A stretch of 63,651 bases of DNA, filler included, from Reticulomyxa filosa (GCA_000512085.1; 15 parts of 15 records of this genome joined end to end with filler, not necessarily neighbours in it), one strand, 5' to 3'. Shown: positions 48,526-62,654, numbered from the whole stretch's first letter. Translations and numbers: made by a program. The notes: generated by a model from the sequence alone, not told the origin.

Positions 48526-51500
48526 CTATCCTCGTCGTCTTTTGGATGAGCCTCCCGAGGATTGACCAGGAGGTGCAGGTCCTGGAGCTCCCGCTGGTCC
48601 GGGCGCTCCTGCTGGTCCAGGTGCTCCTGGTGCTCCTGGTGCTCCTGGTGCTCCTGGTGCTCCTGGCGCTCCTGGTGCTCCTGGTGCTCCTGGTAGTCCT
48701 GCTGGTCCCCACTGCGGCCCATGTGCAGGTCCGCCTGGAGGATGTGGGTTATGTGGAGGAGCTCCATGTCCTCCATCGTGATGATGACCTTTGCGATGCG
48801 ATTTGTGTGAATCGGGTGCTCCTTGTGTCCCAGCCATACTTCCGTCCCCACGTCCCGTCGCACTTGCATCCCCTCGTCCGGCCATGCTTCCGTCACCGCG
48901 CCCAGCTAAACTGCCATCTCCACGACCAACGTTCGGAGGGGTGGTTCCAACACGACTTGAACTCGAGGACTGTTTATTTGAATCATCCGTTTGCCCGCGA
49001 AGCGGATCATCTACTCGGTTTGATATACTGGTTCGGTTATTATCACTACTGGAATGTTTCGGTTCTTCTCGTTGCACAAGTACTGAAGACTGAATGTTAT
49101 TGCTGGTAAGAAAAGTTAAATAATTCGTGAAAAATTTCTTCTTTTCTGAAGATGGATCATTGGATCCAGAAGAATTACCGTGTTGTTTTCGATTGATATA
49201 CGTCTCCAGCCAACCGTCCCACCATTTCCAGTCACCACGCTTTTCCAACATGTAGGAACGATAGAGTTCATTTCGGATCATCAATTCGACTAAAAAGCGA
49301 ATGCATGCATAGGAGAATGGCTGATGTTTGGAGCGGTATACGTTAATGAAGTGCAGTACACCTTCCTTTGAGTGCAATTGATCCAATCGCTCTTCTTGCA
49401 ATGAGTCGTCAATATCAATGAAGCGTTCCATTATTTCCAAATAGGTTATAACTCTGTCAGCATCACTGCGGTCTACTCCATTAATTATGATACGACTAAT
49501 TTCGTCCGAGAATTTGTCATCCTCGTAAGACCAATGGCAAGCGATATCACACAGTGCTTTTAAGATAATCTTGGACGAATGCGCGTGGGAAACCATTTCC
49601 AAATAGAATTCTTTCGAATGTGGCAGCTTTTCATCTTGAGGATGTATTTCCATCAAATCATCCTCATTGTTAGCATCCTTGTGCAGCAATGAGGTTGCTG
49701 GGAATTTCAGTTTTTCCGTTGAATTCTTTTTTCTCAGATTTGCCAAACGCGTTTTTGTAACCGGAGTATGGCAAGCGCATATCAATAACGACAGGGTTTG
49801 TATTACAGGATCAAACTTTGGTGGATATGTTCGCGATCCCATTTGTGGGTATTGTTTGTTTGGCATATCCTTGGCATAAGGAGAACGATTGCCCAAATAT
49901 AAATGACCCAATTTTGCAATAAACCTTCTTTGGAGCAAAAAGGTACGTTGAGTCGTACCCATTTGTGCAAAATCACGAAATACGCTGAAAAAATGATAAA
50001 ACCGGGTCCAATATTTTGGAGCTAAATCAATAAAGGCTTCCAAGCATCCAATTACTTGTCCCGTACAGGTCACGCTTACTTCCTCTTCAATTTTTTTTTC
50101 TCGTCTTTCTTTGTTCGAATTACTCGAATTTTTTTTTGTGTCTTTAGTAAGTGTTCTTCTTCGAAAGGTTTTAATACTTTAAATATGTGGACCAACAAGC
50201 CACCACAAGCACGTGTCACTGCAGTGTCACGTGTTTCCAATAAATAGCTGAACAAATACTCACGTTTCTTGGTCAACAACAATAATAACCATTTGCAAGC
50301 GGGGATATTATCTAAGGAGATTGAAAGATGACAATTTTTTTTTTCTCCTCCTATTCTCCTCCTCCCCTCCCTCTCTCTCATACCAATAACAAAAGAGATG
50401 ACAAAACTGTCGAACAGCCATTTCAAATAGGCAACAAACTTGTCGAGAACGGATTGGCTATCTGCGGTTCTTGCAATGTATTGGAAGCAAATTCTGGAAG
50501 CTAATTTAATGAGAGGAAGGTCAGGATTTTTTTCGTCGGTAGGTCCGTATTCTTTGCATGGTGTGATAGGGGCCACTCGTATGAGATCAAACAAGAAATT
50601 GAAATACAACAAATTGAAAATTTGGCGATGACGCATAAATTCAATGTTATTTTTGACAATTTCATTTTTGATCTCTTGCGCCATAATTCTGCCCGGATCT
50701 GTATCCAAAAGATCCAGCACATTGACAAATTCTTCCTCTTTCTTTTCTTCTTGCCCTTTGTTCTGCAACGAAACCATGGAATCGTCAAAATGCTCCTGCC
50801 CTGCGTTCGGGCCATCCACATTCGCATCCGCAGCTCTCTTGTCTCCGTTGTTGGTAGTCTTGTTGTTTTTATCTTGGTCCTTTGACTCTTCCTTGTTGTC
50901 ATCGGCTTTCGCATCTCCCGCTGCGTCTGTTTTTTCTCTTCTGCCGGGGGTTTATCATGCTCTGGTGGGAAGAATTTGACACGCTCGTATACCAAAATGT
51001 ATCCACTGTTGCTACGCTCTTGGTCCCCCCAGTCACTTGCCCAAGGAGCGTTACTATTCTTTTGTGTTTTGCCTCCAAAGCACTCCTTGTCCAAATCCTT
51101 TGGATCAAGTGGCTTGATTAGTGTGTCGTTGAATTCATTCCATTCACCAGTCTTGCGATCTTTAATGAACGAATAGTAGTGACCTGCATCCGCACTTCCG
51201 GTATGTACCGTCACACCCGTCAATCTGAACTTGTAATACTCTGGAGAATGAACTGAGTATTGCTGGGGCACCTCGACGTTTGGATTGCTTTCTGCTATTT
51301 TGACTTTCTCCAATCGGTCCAACCCTTCCTTTGTGTATTGTTCCAAATCGAGTTCCTCCGGGAATTCAAATCGTTGATTGGATTTTTCATGACGAAAAGT
51401 CTCAAAGTTCAGTTCAAATCGCTATTGCAAATGTTCATACAAAGTAAGAGTATATTTGATTCGCTGAACAACAGATAATAAAAAAAGACCCAATCTTAAT

Positions 51501-54500
51501 GTCACTTTCGTTCTCCCCCTCCATCTCCTCTCTTTCTTCTCGATATTGAAAAGTACACATACCTTCAAATGGACAATGACACTATTGCCCAATTTGTACA
51601 ATACTTCACGTTTCAATGTAGTGCATTTTTTATTGCAAGCCTCACATTGCACGTCTTCCAATTGCTCCGGTTGAACATAAGCGTCTAAAGATTCTTTCAT
51701 GTTGGTTCGGTTTTTGATGGGTAGTGATATCATCACGAAGTCCTGTTGTCTTTCTCTCACCGACCCGCAGCCTCCTTGGCATATCATTTGGTTCACAACC
51801 TTACCTCCAAAGCAATCTTGCAACAAATATCGGAACTTGGTTCCTTTTAATTCGTTTTCAATTCGATCGGTCAAAATGTTGAAAAATTCTTGTACGTCTT
51901 GTTGAACTCTTACATCGATCGGTCGTCCCTGTAAGATTTTAAATGGCAAAAAAAAAAAAAAAAAAAAATTGTAAAAAAAAATAGCCAGGCTTTGATCGGT
52001 GTACAATATACAAACTGTTTCATCTTTATAGGATCTGCAAAATTCTCTTGTATTAAATGCTTGCCTTTCTGACAAGGTCAAGAAAGAAAAGGTTCGCATG
52101 ACTTGATACAAGGCGGAATCGGCTTGCTGTTCAGGTGTCATGTCTTTGGCTTTTTCTTTGCCACTGCAAATAATAGCATTCCGGAAGTGTGGCATCATAT
52201 AAAATTGCTGCAACAATGAGTTCATGTAACATGTGGAGCCCAAGTTTTCTAAGCCAACATATCCACGATTGGAGCGCGTGTTTTGGTCGGGAGAGTAGCC
52301 ATAACTAATAGGGGGTCTTACTTCTTTATGTAACGTTTGGATTAACTTTTCCAAGTGACCAAAGTTCTGAGGTACCTCCATGCACAATTGCACCAGTAAA
52401 CGGAAGCCTAATTTGCGATTCACATTTGTTTTGCATTTCGGCCAATTGTTTTCCTTTTCTTCATCCGTCTTTCCGGTGGCGAACAAGAAATATTTGAAAA
52501 TTTCTTCCACCAACCTGTTCCATCAAAAAATAAAATAAAAAAAAATTAACGCAATACTCACTCGCTAATTCGTCATAAACATATGTACATAAAACAAAAC
52601 AAGACAAGAACAAATAAAAATACCCGCTTTCCCCAGCTTGCTCACGGAAGGATTTATCACCAGATAACAGTACGGAAAGCAATGACATTGCGCCAGTTAA
52701 CACTTTGTCATTAGCGGGATTTCCAAATACTTCTCTGCTTTTATGTGCTTTCAATTGCTTGATCAAGTCTTTAAACAAATCGTTAAATTCGGAGACGGGC
52801 GACTTGTATTTTTCAGTATATTCTTGCATTAAAGAAATGAGCAAATAAAAGTGTTGTTCAGGATCAATTTCGTCTGTTCCACCTTCGGGAAGGTGCTTCA
52901 ACAAAATCTTATGCAAGAAAAAGCGCGTTACTTCCACTCCTGGCAGCTTCTTTTTCAATTCAGGCGTATATCGAGGTGACTCGTCCACGATTCGGCAAAG
53001 CTTGCGCAGTGACCCGGCAAATTCACTACCAATTTCTTTGTCCTTTGAATGAAGTGCGTCCAAGAGAATCGACGGATCCTTCTCCAACTTTTCAAACAAT
53101 TGCGGCAACAATGAGGGCTGCAAAAGTAATATGGAAATCCATAATCTCACCGCATATCTCACTACCCAATCTCTTTCTTGCGTGACTTGGGAATCCATGC
53201 TTGCCAACTTCAGAATATTAAGCAATTGCAACAACAGCTCGTCAAAATTGAGGGATTTAATCAAATCGTCGCTAAAGTCTTTCATTGTCGATCGCACTAA
53301 TTCGTTGAATCGAATCGATGTTTGTGTCACTGTGCGTGACGCTTCTTTTGATTCCTCCGTGGTCTCTTTGCCTTTGTCAGTTTCCTTCGTGGCCTCCGTT
53401 TCTGGCACCTTTGGTTGTTCCGATTTGTCTTTATCTGAAGACGTCACGTCGGCTACTTTTTCGTCTTTGTCTTCTTTTTCTTCGAGTTTTTTTGCACCGT
53501 CAGCGGACTGTTGTGGATTGGTTTCCGTCAATATGACCTTTGAAGCGTTCGTTTCTTCCTTTGCACTCGACAGATAAGCAGTGAATAAATCTTTTGGCAT
53601 TGGTGACACTTTGCTTACATCGTCTTCTAACTTTTTTTCCAATTGGGAAACAAAATTGTTTTCATTTTCGTCGTTATCTCCTTGTTCTGCCATTATATCG
53701 TCTCCAAAGTAATTTCCATCTAATGGACTAAAGTCTCCCCATTCTTCACTGTCAAGGTTGGATTCACTTGCACCTGGATCAATTCCAAGGTTTGGATTTT
53801 TCTTAAATATTCCTTCCGTTTTGGACTCGTTCTTCTTCTTTTCCTCCTCGGTTTCGGCGTCAAAAGAAGCATCTCCAATTTGTTCCACTACAGCTTCCAT
53901 TCCAGGAATGCAATCAATGGCACTCAAGAAGAAGAGATGAACCATTCGCAACAGCGATGCAATGGCCAATTTGCGCGTATTTTTAGTGACCACGTCAATA
54001 TCGGCTTTTTGACTCGAGGTTGAGGTATCACTCGAATTACTGTTCTTTTCATAATCAATGCTTTTCAATACTTTGATCAAGTGACTGAACCCTTTTTTTT
54101 CTAGAAATTTCTTGCGCCATTCCACTTTCTCTTTCAACACGTTGTCACTCTCCGGTGTCTCGGGTGTCATGGAGAATGACTCGCAAATGAGAAGAGAATA
54201 GACCAAGCGAAACAAATCGTCTGTTGGCAATAACTTGGCCCAATCCGTCTCTTTTTCAATCGTTTCCAAAGTGGATACATTTTTTCGCAATTTATCATTC
54301 GTTGGCAAGCGAAGAACCAGCCTCCACGCTGCTGACAATATCAATGGATCACCCAAATTGAGGCAATCATTAAAGAGCAAATTGAAATACTATTATGTAC
54401 ATACATATTATATTTTTACGTATAACATACATATAGTGTGAGAAGAGATTTTATCAGAAATCATTTTGCACTACATAAAGACAAGTTCTCTAATTTTTTT

Positions 54501-57500
54501 CGTTCTTTCTTCCCTCTGTTCTCTTTCTCAAAGTGTAACTTTGTCTTCATGTGCCAACATATAACGGGGTAACCTTTCTGGATTGCGTGCCAATAATTCC
54601 TCCTCTTCTTTTCGCACCACATCGACAAGTCTCAAATCTTGTCCGTATCCAAACACATATAAATCCTTCCACACATGGTCCGCTCGCTCAATCGAGGCCA
54701 GTTGATAAAAATTGACAAATCCGTCAGCGTCAAGATTCTCCGCTTCTCCAAACTGGTTGAAGATGATTCGAATTCGTGACTTGGACGCTGAGGCCGCCCC
54801 CGCACCGCACGCCAAGATGTAGTCTCTCATATCTTTTTGCGACATTGTTCCATCCTGATTTTTCGCAAATTGTTTGAAAATGTGTTGAAACGCAGCTTTT
54901 GCTCGCTCCACTAATTTCTTAGGAGCAGTGGATGTGACGAGAGGAACCCGCTGGGACTTGTCCTCTTTCAATGTTGCACGGAGATAACAGCCATCTCGAA
55001 TGTTCAATGATGCCACTGTGTTCGAGTTCTTATCTTCATCAAGTTTCGATTCCCCTGACAGTTGGACCATTTCCGGGGCACGATGGAGTTTGCTTGCCAC
55101 TGTGCACCGCAACTCCCACAGCGTGTCATTTTCGTGAATTGTCACTCGGAATCGTGAAGGTCTTGCATTGCGACCAGGAGAAATTTCATCGATAATGTTG
55201 ATGAACAATTTTTTGCCTCGAGATAATGCATTATGTGGTCGATGTCCCCCTAATCCTCTTGATTCGGTAGCATTCAAAAACTGATGGATCAAGTCCAACA
55301 CCCTGATACATTGATTTCGGGTCTCCGTGGTTGGTGTTTTTTTATGCGTGTCAATTGTTTGGGCCAGTTCTTTCATTGCTCGGTCGAGAATCGATTTACG
55401 AATGCGCCCTACTTGTGGTCTCAAATCAATTCCTAAGCGATTGCACACCGAATTCAAAAATGATATCGATTTTTGACTGACTGTTTCTTGGTGGGTATTC
55501 AAGACAATCAACCATAAATAATCGATTCCAATCAACTCATCAAAATTCGTAACATAAAAAGTTTTTTCATGTTCAATCACTTCAATGTTTCCTTTTCGTT
55601 GATTGACAAACAAGAAAAATTTTTCAAATGATTCGTATGCTGGCAGAGTAATCGATCCAGGGGGAATATCAGTCAAAAATTTATTGATAAACAAATGTTG
55701 AGGAAGGTCATCTCCCAATGATCTGAATCGCAACCCAGTCATCATTTTTTGGAACCATTTGAATGCCTCTTCTCTTTCGTCCGGAGTCAAACAATTGACT
55801 ACCATGGAATTCCAGATAATGTCAATTTCTTGTTTTTCCAAACGAAGATTCGAAAAGCCCAATATGAAATCCAAAAAGTCCAATCGCTCCTTTACTTCAT
55901 CCAAATAAGAAAATCGGGGACTACCCACGCTTTTCATTTGATTGACAGCAGCAAAATATTTGGCCGAAAGCTCTTTTTCGTTGTAAGCCGTTCGAATTTC
56001 CTTGGCTTTGGCACTCGCTTTTTCTTTGAAAAATTCAATGTCTGCGAAAAAGTGTTTCATCATTGCGTATTGAGTGTTCAATTTTGCAATGATCTCCCAA
56101 CGATGCAAATCGTCCATCATTGGTGGCATGGGCGAAGATGACGGCGTTGCATAGATTTGTAGCACTTTTTCTAACACTTGCAAGGAAATGATCACAGATT
56201 TGTGTTCGACCAAATTATCAATGCATCTTTTTAACAATGGCTCACGGAGCTCTCTTGCAAAATACGTTGTCAATACCTCTTTCATCAAATTCTTGGCTTC
56301 ATTGACCAATTTGTCATCCACAGAGCTTTCATCTTGGACTAATTTCCACAATATCTTTATCACTTTCCCCGCTGGACCACTGGCATTTTGTTGATGAGTT
56401 GGACGGGTCAGCCCCTTCATCAATTGTAAATGATGTTCCCGAAGTTCTTTCAACGACATATTCTCCAACTTTGAAAACAAAAACTCAAAGTGTTCTGGAG
56501 TGAAATAGTAGGCTATGTCTTCGAGGATTTTGCACACTGTTTGAAGTTCATTTTCAACATCATCCGACTTTTTCGCTGCTCTCTGTTCATTTTTTAAATA
56601 GTAAATAATTATTGTCATGTTTGCTTACATAGAATGGTGACAACCCATTGTAAAAGGTGATTAACTTCCAAAGCATTCCAAATAATGGACAAGTGATCAA
56701 TCGTCAAAGTAGATTCCATGCAAATGAATTTGAGTATTTCTGTTCCTTGTTTCATCAATTGTGGATGAGATTTTGGTCCAAAGATGATATCCAGCAACTT
56801 GTTTTCTTCGATCCATTTGGAGAGGAACTCTGCCGTTATAAATTTCGCCGAGTGACTTGGACTGCCCTTTCGAGTGTGTGCACATACCGATGCTATGTGC
56901 TGTACACCATTGACACGTCTTTCGATGGTTTGTGATGTCAGCCTTCGCAAAGCTAAGTTTATTTTGTTTTTTTTTTTTTTGTATTGTGTTCAGATACCAG
57001 AGAAAAAAAAACAACTTACCCATTGTCAATTGAAAGGTTTCCGTGATCTGGGCCACCTCTGCAATGCTCTTCTCTCGAAGCAGCAAATCTTCCATACATT
57101 CGACAATCCGACTTAAGAGTTCTTTTTTCAAATCACGCAATTCAATGTCAGTCATCGATTCCAAAGTAGTCCATACACGATCATGCAAAGGTAATATAAA
57201 TTTGCGATAGGCCCGACCAGTGAGGCTTTTCACTGACTTTGATAACGCAGACAAAATGGAGCGCATATTTTTCACCGGCATGTTGGGTTTATGGTTGTCC
57301 AGTCGTCGGAGCAATAAGTCGAACCCTCCTGCTCGACCAAATTCATTGAGTGCTTCCACCAAGTGAAACGACACATCACCCAATTCACCCTGATTGTAGG
57401 TAGTAACCGTTTATTTATTTATTTTTTTATTTTTACAGATGTCGACTTCCAAAAGGGGGGAGAGGAGTGGCAACTTAAAAAAAAAAAGGTAACTCGGTAA

Positions 57501-58152
57501 ATAGAAAAAATATCTTCATCGAGAGGATCGTCTTCGTCATCGACTTTGGTCAAGTTACGTACGTCACCAGGAGCACCACCACTAGTACGCCCACCTTTTG
57601 CCTGAGTCTTGTGTTTTTGAATTCGCACGTTATCCCTATAATCCAGGAAAGAGAAGGGTGGGGAGAATAGGATAAATGATCATTAATAAAAATTATCAAT
57701 AATATTTTTTAAAAAAAAAAAAAATGGTCAGTTTTGAATATGATTTGGAGAGTGTTGTTATGTGAGACTTGATTGAGTTCATTTGAGAGGCCAAACCTGC
57801 TTATCCATTCATCATATTTGGACTGCCATTCATCATAATTGAGTTTGATCGAGTTAAAATCATCGACCGCAACAACGTGACATGTGTACCATTTGTTTAC
57901 ACTATCCAAGCAATCACATTGAGAGCCTTGAACTAACTCCTTTCGCCATTTGGGTATGGTTGGGAATACTTTTGAGGTTTGTGTTCCTGGCGGGGCAAAA
58001 TTGCAAAAATGCTCTGGTTCAAACGAACATGAGTGCATTACTAGCTCATTTCCAGAGCGGTGTGGTAGACCTATTTGAAGTTGAATTTCCAATGTCGTTA
58101 TCGTTCCACCACTCGCTGTTTCTTGCTGTTTCACTTGTCTTACTGTACCGAC
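48526..58152 (-). CDS. Large ubiquitin C-terminal hydrolase, USP34/USP24/USP9 clade (peptidase C19), 5' partial, multi-exon
   Basis: It has a Cys box [33 protein letters not shown] and a His box [15 protein letters not shown]...W.EFNDT. The upstream helical region [24 protein letters not shown] is USP34-like, and there is a Ubl ([10 protein letters not shown]). The introns checked are canonical, and two 1-nt shifts fall in A-runs. Confidence 0.93.
48574..48708 (-). repeat. Collagen-like (Gly-X-Y)15 repeat in the USP C-terminal tail
   Basis: 9-bp units translate as GPA GLP (GAP)8 [15 protein letters not shown]. Confidence 0.9.
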
Positions 58153-58341
58153 CTATTTACAGTCACACAATCGATATCACGCTGCATGTTTTGTTTTGTT
58201 TTGTTTTGTTTTTCGATTCTTTATTATTATTATTATTATTNNNNNNNNNNNNNNNNNNNNNNNNNNNNNNNNNNNNNNNNNNNNTTAATTAATTAANNNN
58301 NNNNNNNNNNNNNNNNNNNNNNNNNNNNNNNNNNNNNNNNT

Positions 58342-59100
58342 GGACACACTGATGGTGTTAATGGAATTGAATTTTCACAATTTAGTGATGGTAGATATTT
58401 ATGTTCTGGATCTGGTGATACAACTATTCGTTTATGGGATATTGAAACATCAAAATCATTACATGTTTTCAAGGGACATGAAAATATTGTTTCATGTGTT
58501 GATATTTCATCATTACAAAGCAATAACAAAAATGATAATAATAATAAAACGAATGATATTGGCGTGGTTGGTGGAAATGGATATACAATTTGTTCTGGAT
58601 CATTTGATAATACCGTTCGAATATGGGATATTGAAACAACAAAACAATTCAATATATTCAATGGACATACAGATTATGTGAATAGTGTAAAATATGGATC
58701 AAATGAATTATTAAATACAATATTATCAGGATCAGGTGATGAGAGTGTTCGTTTGTGGGATATTCGATCTGGCCAACAGATTCAAGTGTTTAATGGACAT
58801 GAACATGTATTGTATGTTGAATATTCACCATTTGTAATTAAGAATAGTATTGGTAATTCAAATGTGATATGTTATGGGTCAAGTGATAGTACAATTCGAT
58901 TTTGGGATATTCGATCAAATAAGGAAGAATTATATGTAATCAAAGGAAGTGAAGATGAAGATGAAGATGATGGAATAAGATGTCTTAAATTTGTGTCATT
59001 GAAAAAGAAAGTAAATAATAATGAACAAAAATCAAAAGATGATTGTGGTGTTCATTTATATTATGGCTCAACGAACAGCCAAATTTGTGTTTGGAGATAA
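58342..59100 (+). CDS. WD40-repeat protein (same family as 37271-37918), 5' partial
   Basis: The frame is open from the contig start (GHTDGVNGIEFS...LCSGSGDTTIRLWD) to the stop at 59100, and it is near-identical in motifs to the other copy. Confidence 0.9.
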   Translation, partial: GHTDGVNGIEFSQFSDGRYLCSGSGDTTIRLWDIETSKSLHVFKGHENIVSCVDISSLQSNNKNDNNNKTNDIGVVGGNGYTICSGSFDNTVRIWDIETTKQFNIFNGHTDYVNSVKYGSNELLNTILSGSGDESVRLWDIRSGQQIQVFNGHEHVLYVEYSPFVIKNSIGNSNVICYGSSDSTIRFWDIRSNKEELYVIKGSEDEDEDDGIRCLKFVSLKKKVNNNEQKSKDDCGVHLYYGSTNSQICVWR

Positions 59101-62100
59101 ATTTTTTGTCTAAATTTACAAAATGTTTTTGAATTGAAAAGACATTATCAAAGTTTATTTTAATTTCAATTTTCAAAATTATTTATTTTAAAATTTGGAG
59201 TTATTTGATTTATTTATTTGTTTCCTAATGAAAAAGAACAATTCATTTATGAATAGGTTACTTGGTGTCTCAAATGGATTGAAAAAAGCAATTATTTGCA
59301 AATATCTTTTTTTGTATATCGAGCCAACTGGAAAGAGAATAAATTATTTTTTTAGTGTTTCGCACAAATTATAATTTATAATAGATAATATTTCATTTGT
59401 TGACTGGTCAAAAAAATGACAAATTTTAAATTTTGATGAATGGAAAGTTATGATTCTGGAAATAAAAACATTTACATCAATTTTACATTATTTTTTTAAA
59501 AATAAAATGATCTAAAAGATAATTTTTAATAAATTCAATGCAATCAAATTCGCCCTTTTCATTTTAACAAACTGATTGTTTTGAAATAAACACACTTTTG
59601 TATATCTTTGAATTTAATTAATGAATGCTTATTTGTGTTTGATAGAAATGATTTGTTTAAATTGGAACATTTTTTTGCAAACAATGAAAAAATTTGGATT
59701 GGATAAATGATAGATATTTGCATCAACTTTAAATATTATTTTGTATTGTATCACAAACCAAGACAAAGAAATACAAACAATAAACAATTATCCGAATTTG
59801 ACCAAGTTAATGTTATGCACGAATGCTAGCCTGAATTTTTGATAAAGAAAGAGCATGCACTCAAGTAAATGTGGACAAACGTTCTAAAGGTTTGTCATTT
59901 TTTGGTTTTGACAGAAAGAAGAATATCTAGATGATATAACAGATACAATTTTCACCAAAAGTCCTAAAATTATCCATATTCAAGAAAAAACACTATTTAA
60001 ATACAGAATGTAGACAAATTAAAGTATTAAAGGGATTTAATGCATCTATTAATTGTATTTATTTTGCAGATAAAGCAATTAGAATTTAGAGCAACGATAT
60101 GGTAAAATTGTCGATATGATTGAGACTAGTTTGGTAAAATGTATTTGAATATTGGAATTCAAAATGAAAATAACATTTAGGGAAACAAAAATTACTTATA
60201 AAACACATTGTTGTATATTTTGATTTGTTATTTGTTACTGACTATCCAAAGATTTTTACATGCTTCTAAAAAAAAAATTTCACAAGTAAGACAACAATTC
60301 AAATGTTCCTTGTTGTTGGTAAAAATGATCTCAACTACAAATAGAATATAGCATTTGCTTGAACCATAACACAAGTTTTTTAAGAGTTCAAAAGCATAAT
60401 TAATGAAAACTGCACTTTGAAAAGAATTAGATTGTATTTTTGTGATCTTATAAAACTTTATTCAAATAAATATTGAATGATTGCAGATGGAACATCAACA
60501 ATGTAAGGATTTATTAAAAGAGGACGAATTTATGACTTTGATGAAATGATTTCTGAAAATGTTAAATTATTTAACAATATAATATCAATTTAGTTTAAGC
60601 ATTTAAAGAAACGAAGAAATTCTATAGTTACATAATGAAAGAATGCATTTTAATCATAACAATTTTTCATTTAACATTTCATGAATATGTTTATTATATC
60701 AGATAATTGTTCAAAATTGAGTTTAAAGATTGATGATAGGATTAGGTAAAAAAGTTCAATTTTGATATAATAAAGTACAACACATTCAATTCTTTTGATT
60801 TTAAAAATGTGTTGATGTCAAAATTATTCATTAAATGATTGGAAAGTGTTTTTTTTTACATAAACACAAATCATGGGCTTAGCTTTGTTGTACACCAAAT
60901 AAAGAGCAAATCAGTAATTTGTTTTTAAGAATATTTTAAAATTGTCGAGCTAAGAAATATTTGTAAATTTCTCCATTCTTCTATGCTCAACCCTTTTCTG
61001 TTACTTATTTTGTTTCCACAATGGCATAACAAGCAAAGTATAAATTGTGCACAACATTAAATTAACTTTCAAATTCTTAAGTGCACACCATGTTGAGAAT
61101 AATTTTAATCAATTTTTCTTTTCAAAAACATAAAAAAGTAAAGCGTCCTAATTCAATTATTATATTATCGAAATTATGCAAAGCAAATATATTCTTCCAG
61201 ATATCATATTGTACAATATGTTTTTACATTACTTGGATATGTCAAGTAAATTAGATTTACAAAAATATTATTTTGACAATTGATTGTCCCTGATAATAAT
61301 TACATTTAATACAATGATCAAGTGATGTACAAAAAGAGAATATTTCAGATAGACATTGCATTATCTTTAATCATTGATGTTCACAATGTTAAGCAAATTT
61401 AATTACTGTAATTCTTTGTTATCTGTGTAAGTAAAAATGAGAAATGCTTTTGGTATTGATGTTGGTATAGCCTTAATCAATTAAACGTTACATATGTATG
61501 TAAAATAACACCTTTTCTCGGTACCACACTCAATAACAATATTGATTAGTTTTGTTTGGACTGAAATAAAGATCTTTTGTTGTAATATTAACTATGCTTA
61601 TTGTATGATAATTTGTGAAACAAACAACGACTTACTTATGATCCTCAATTGCTAAAAAATGCTCTTTTGCGTGGCAAAGTTTATTATTTTGCAACATAAC
61701 AATAAAAAATATTGACATGCAGCATGCCGTAATAATGCTTTTCCAAAGTTTTTTTTACAAAATGTTGATTGAACAGGAATTACAAGTTGCGTGACTTTAT
61801 ACAAAAGTTTTAAAACAAAAGAACACCAATCATTGTATAATGCAAAAGAGTGAAAAGGATAAATGGATGGAATTTGTTTAAGATATCATAAAACACTGTT
61901 TTTTTTAAATTTCACTAAAAAGAACTTGTTTACAAGTCTTAACACAAGGATTTTGTACAGACAAAAACTAAATGTGAATACAATTTAAAGTTACGCAAAG
62001 TGTAAATCATTTGAAAATTCTTAAAAACTGACTTTTACCTGTCATTTTTTAAGGAAACAAGTTCATTCAAAAGAAAGGTACAACACCCGAGTTTCCGATA

Positions 62101-62396
62101 CTTTGACCATTTCAAAAAGGACAGTGCCTAATTGCAGCCAGATTGTTACAAACTCAATCTTGGTTGATAGATAACAATGTTTAACAAATAGTATTACTTT
62201 TTCACTGAAAGCTTGATACAATAATTCAACCTTTCATGCATTTCAATTTCAATTGCTCAAATTATGTGCAATTATTTTGTTTCATTAACCAATAAAAAAT
62301 ATCAATGTAAAATATTTATTTTTTTAAAAAAAGGGGCTGTGACCTGACCCTTTTCGAGAAAACAAAACTTAAAAAAATTTCCTAAACATTAACAAC

Positions 62397-62495
62397 ATGA
62401 GCAATCAAACTACCCCCTTTCAAATTTTGAAGGAGTGCCACTCCACTTGCGCAATCTCAATGTGTACTACACAAACACGAACTCCTCATTTGTGG
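62397..62495 (+). pseudogene. Kelch-like family gene start, frameshifted
   Basis: It reads MSNQTTPFQILKE/..PLAQSQCVLHKHELLICG, with two 1-nt deletions relative to the copy at ~62665. Confidence 0.6.
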
Positions 62496-62654
62496 NNNNN
62501 NNNNNNNNNNNNNNNNNNNNNNNNNNNNNNNNNNNNNNNTTAATTAATTAANNNNNNNNNNNNNNNNNNNNNNNNNNNNNNNNNNNNNNNNNNNNCACCA
62601 CAAAAACCTCCCAAAACACTAACTGAACAAATTCAAGACTTGCTGCAATTAACT

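Noticed and set aside
48413-49109. L/V-rich, QEH-repeat and STR-repeat ORFs
   Set aside because: They are alternative frames of the 9-bp GXY repeat in the USP tail.
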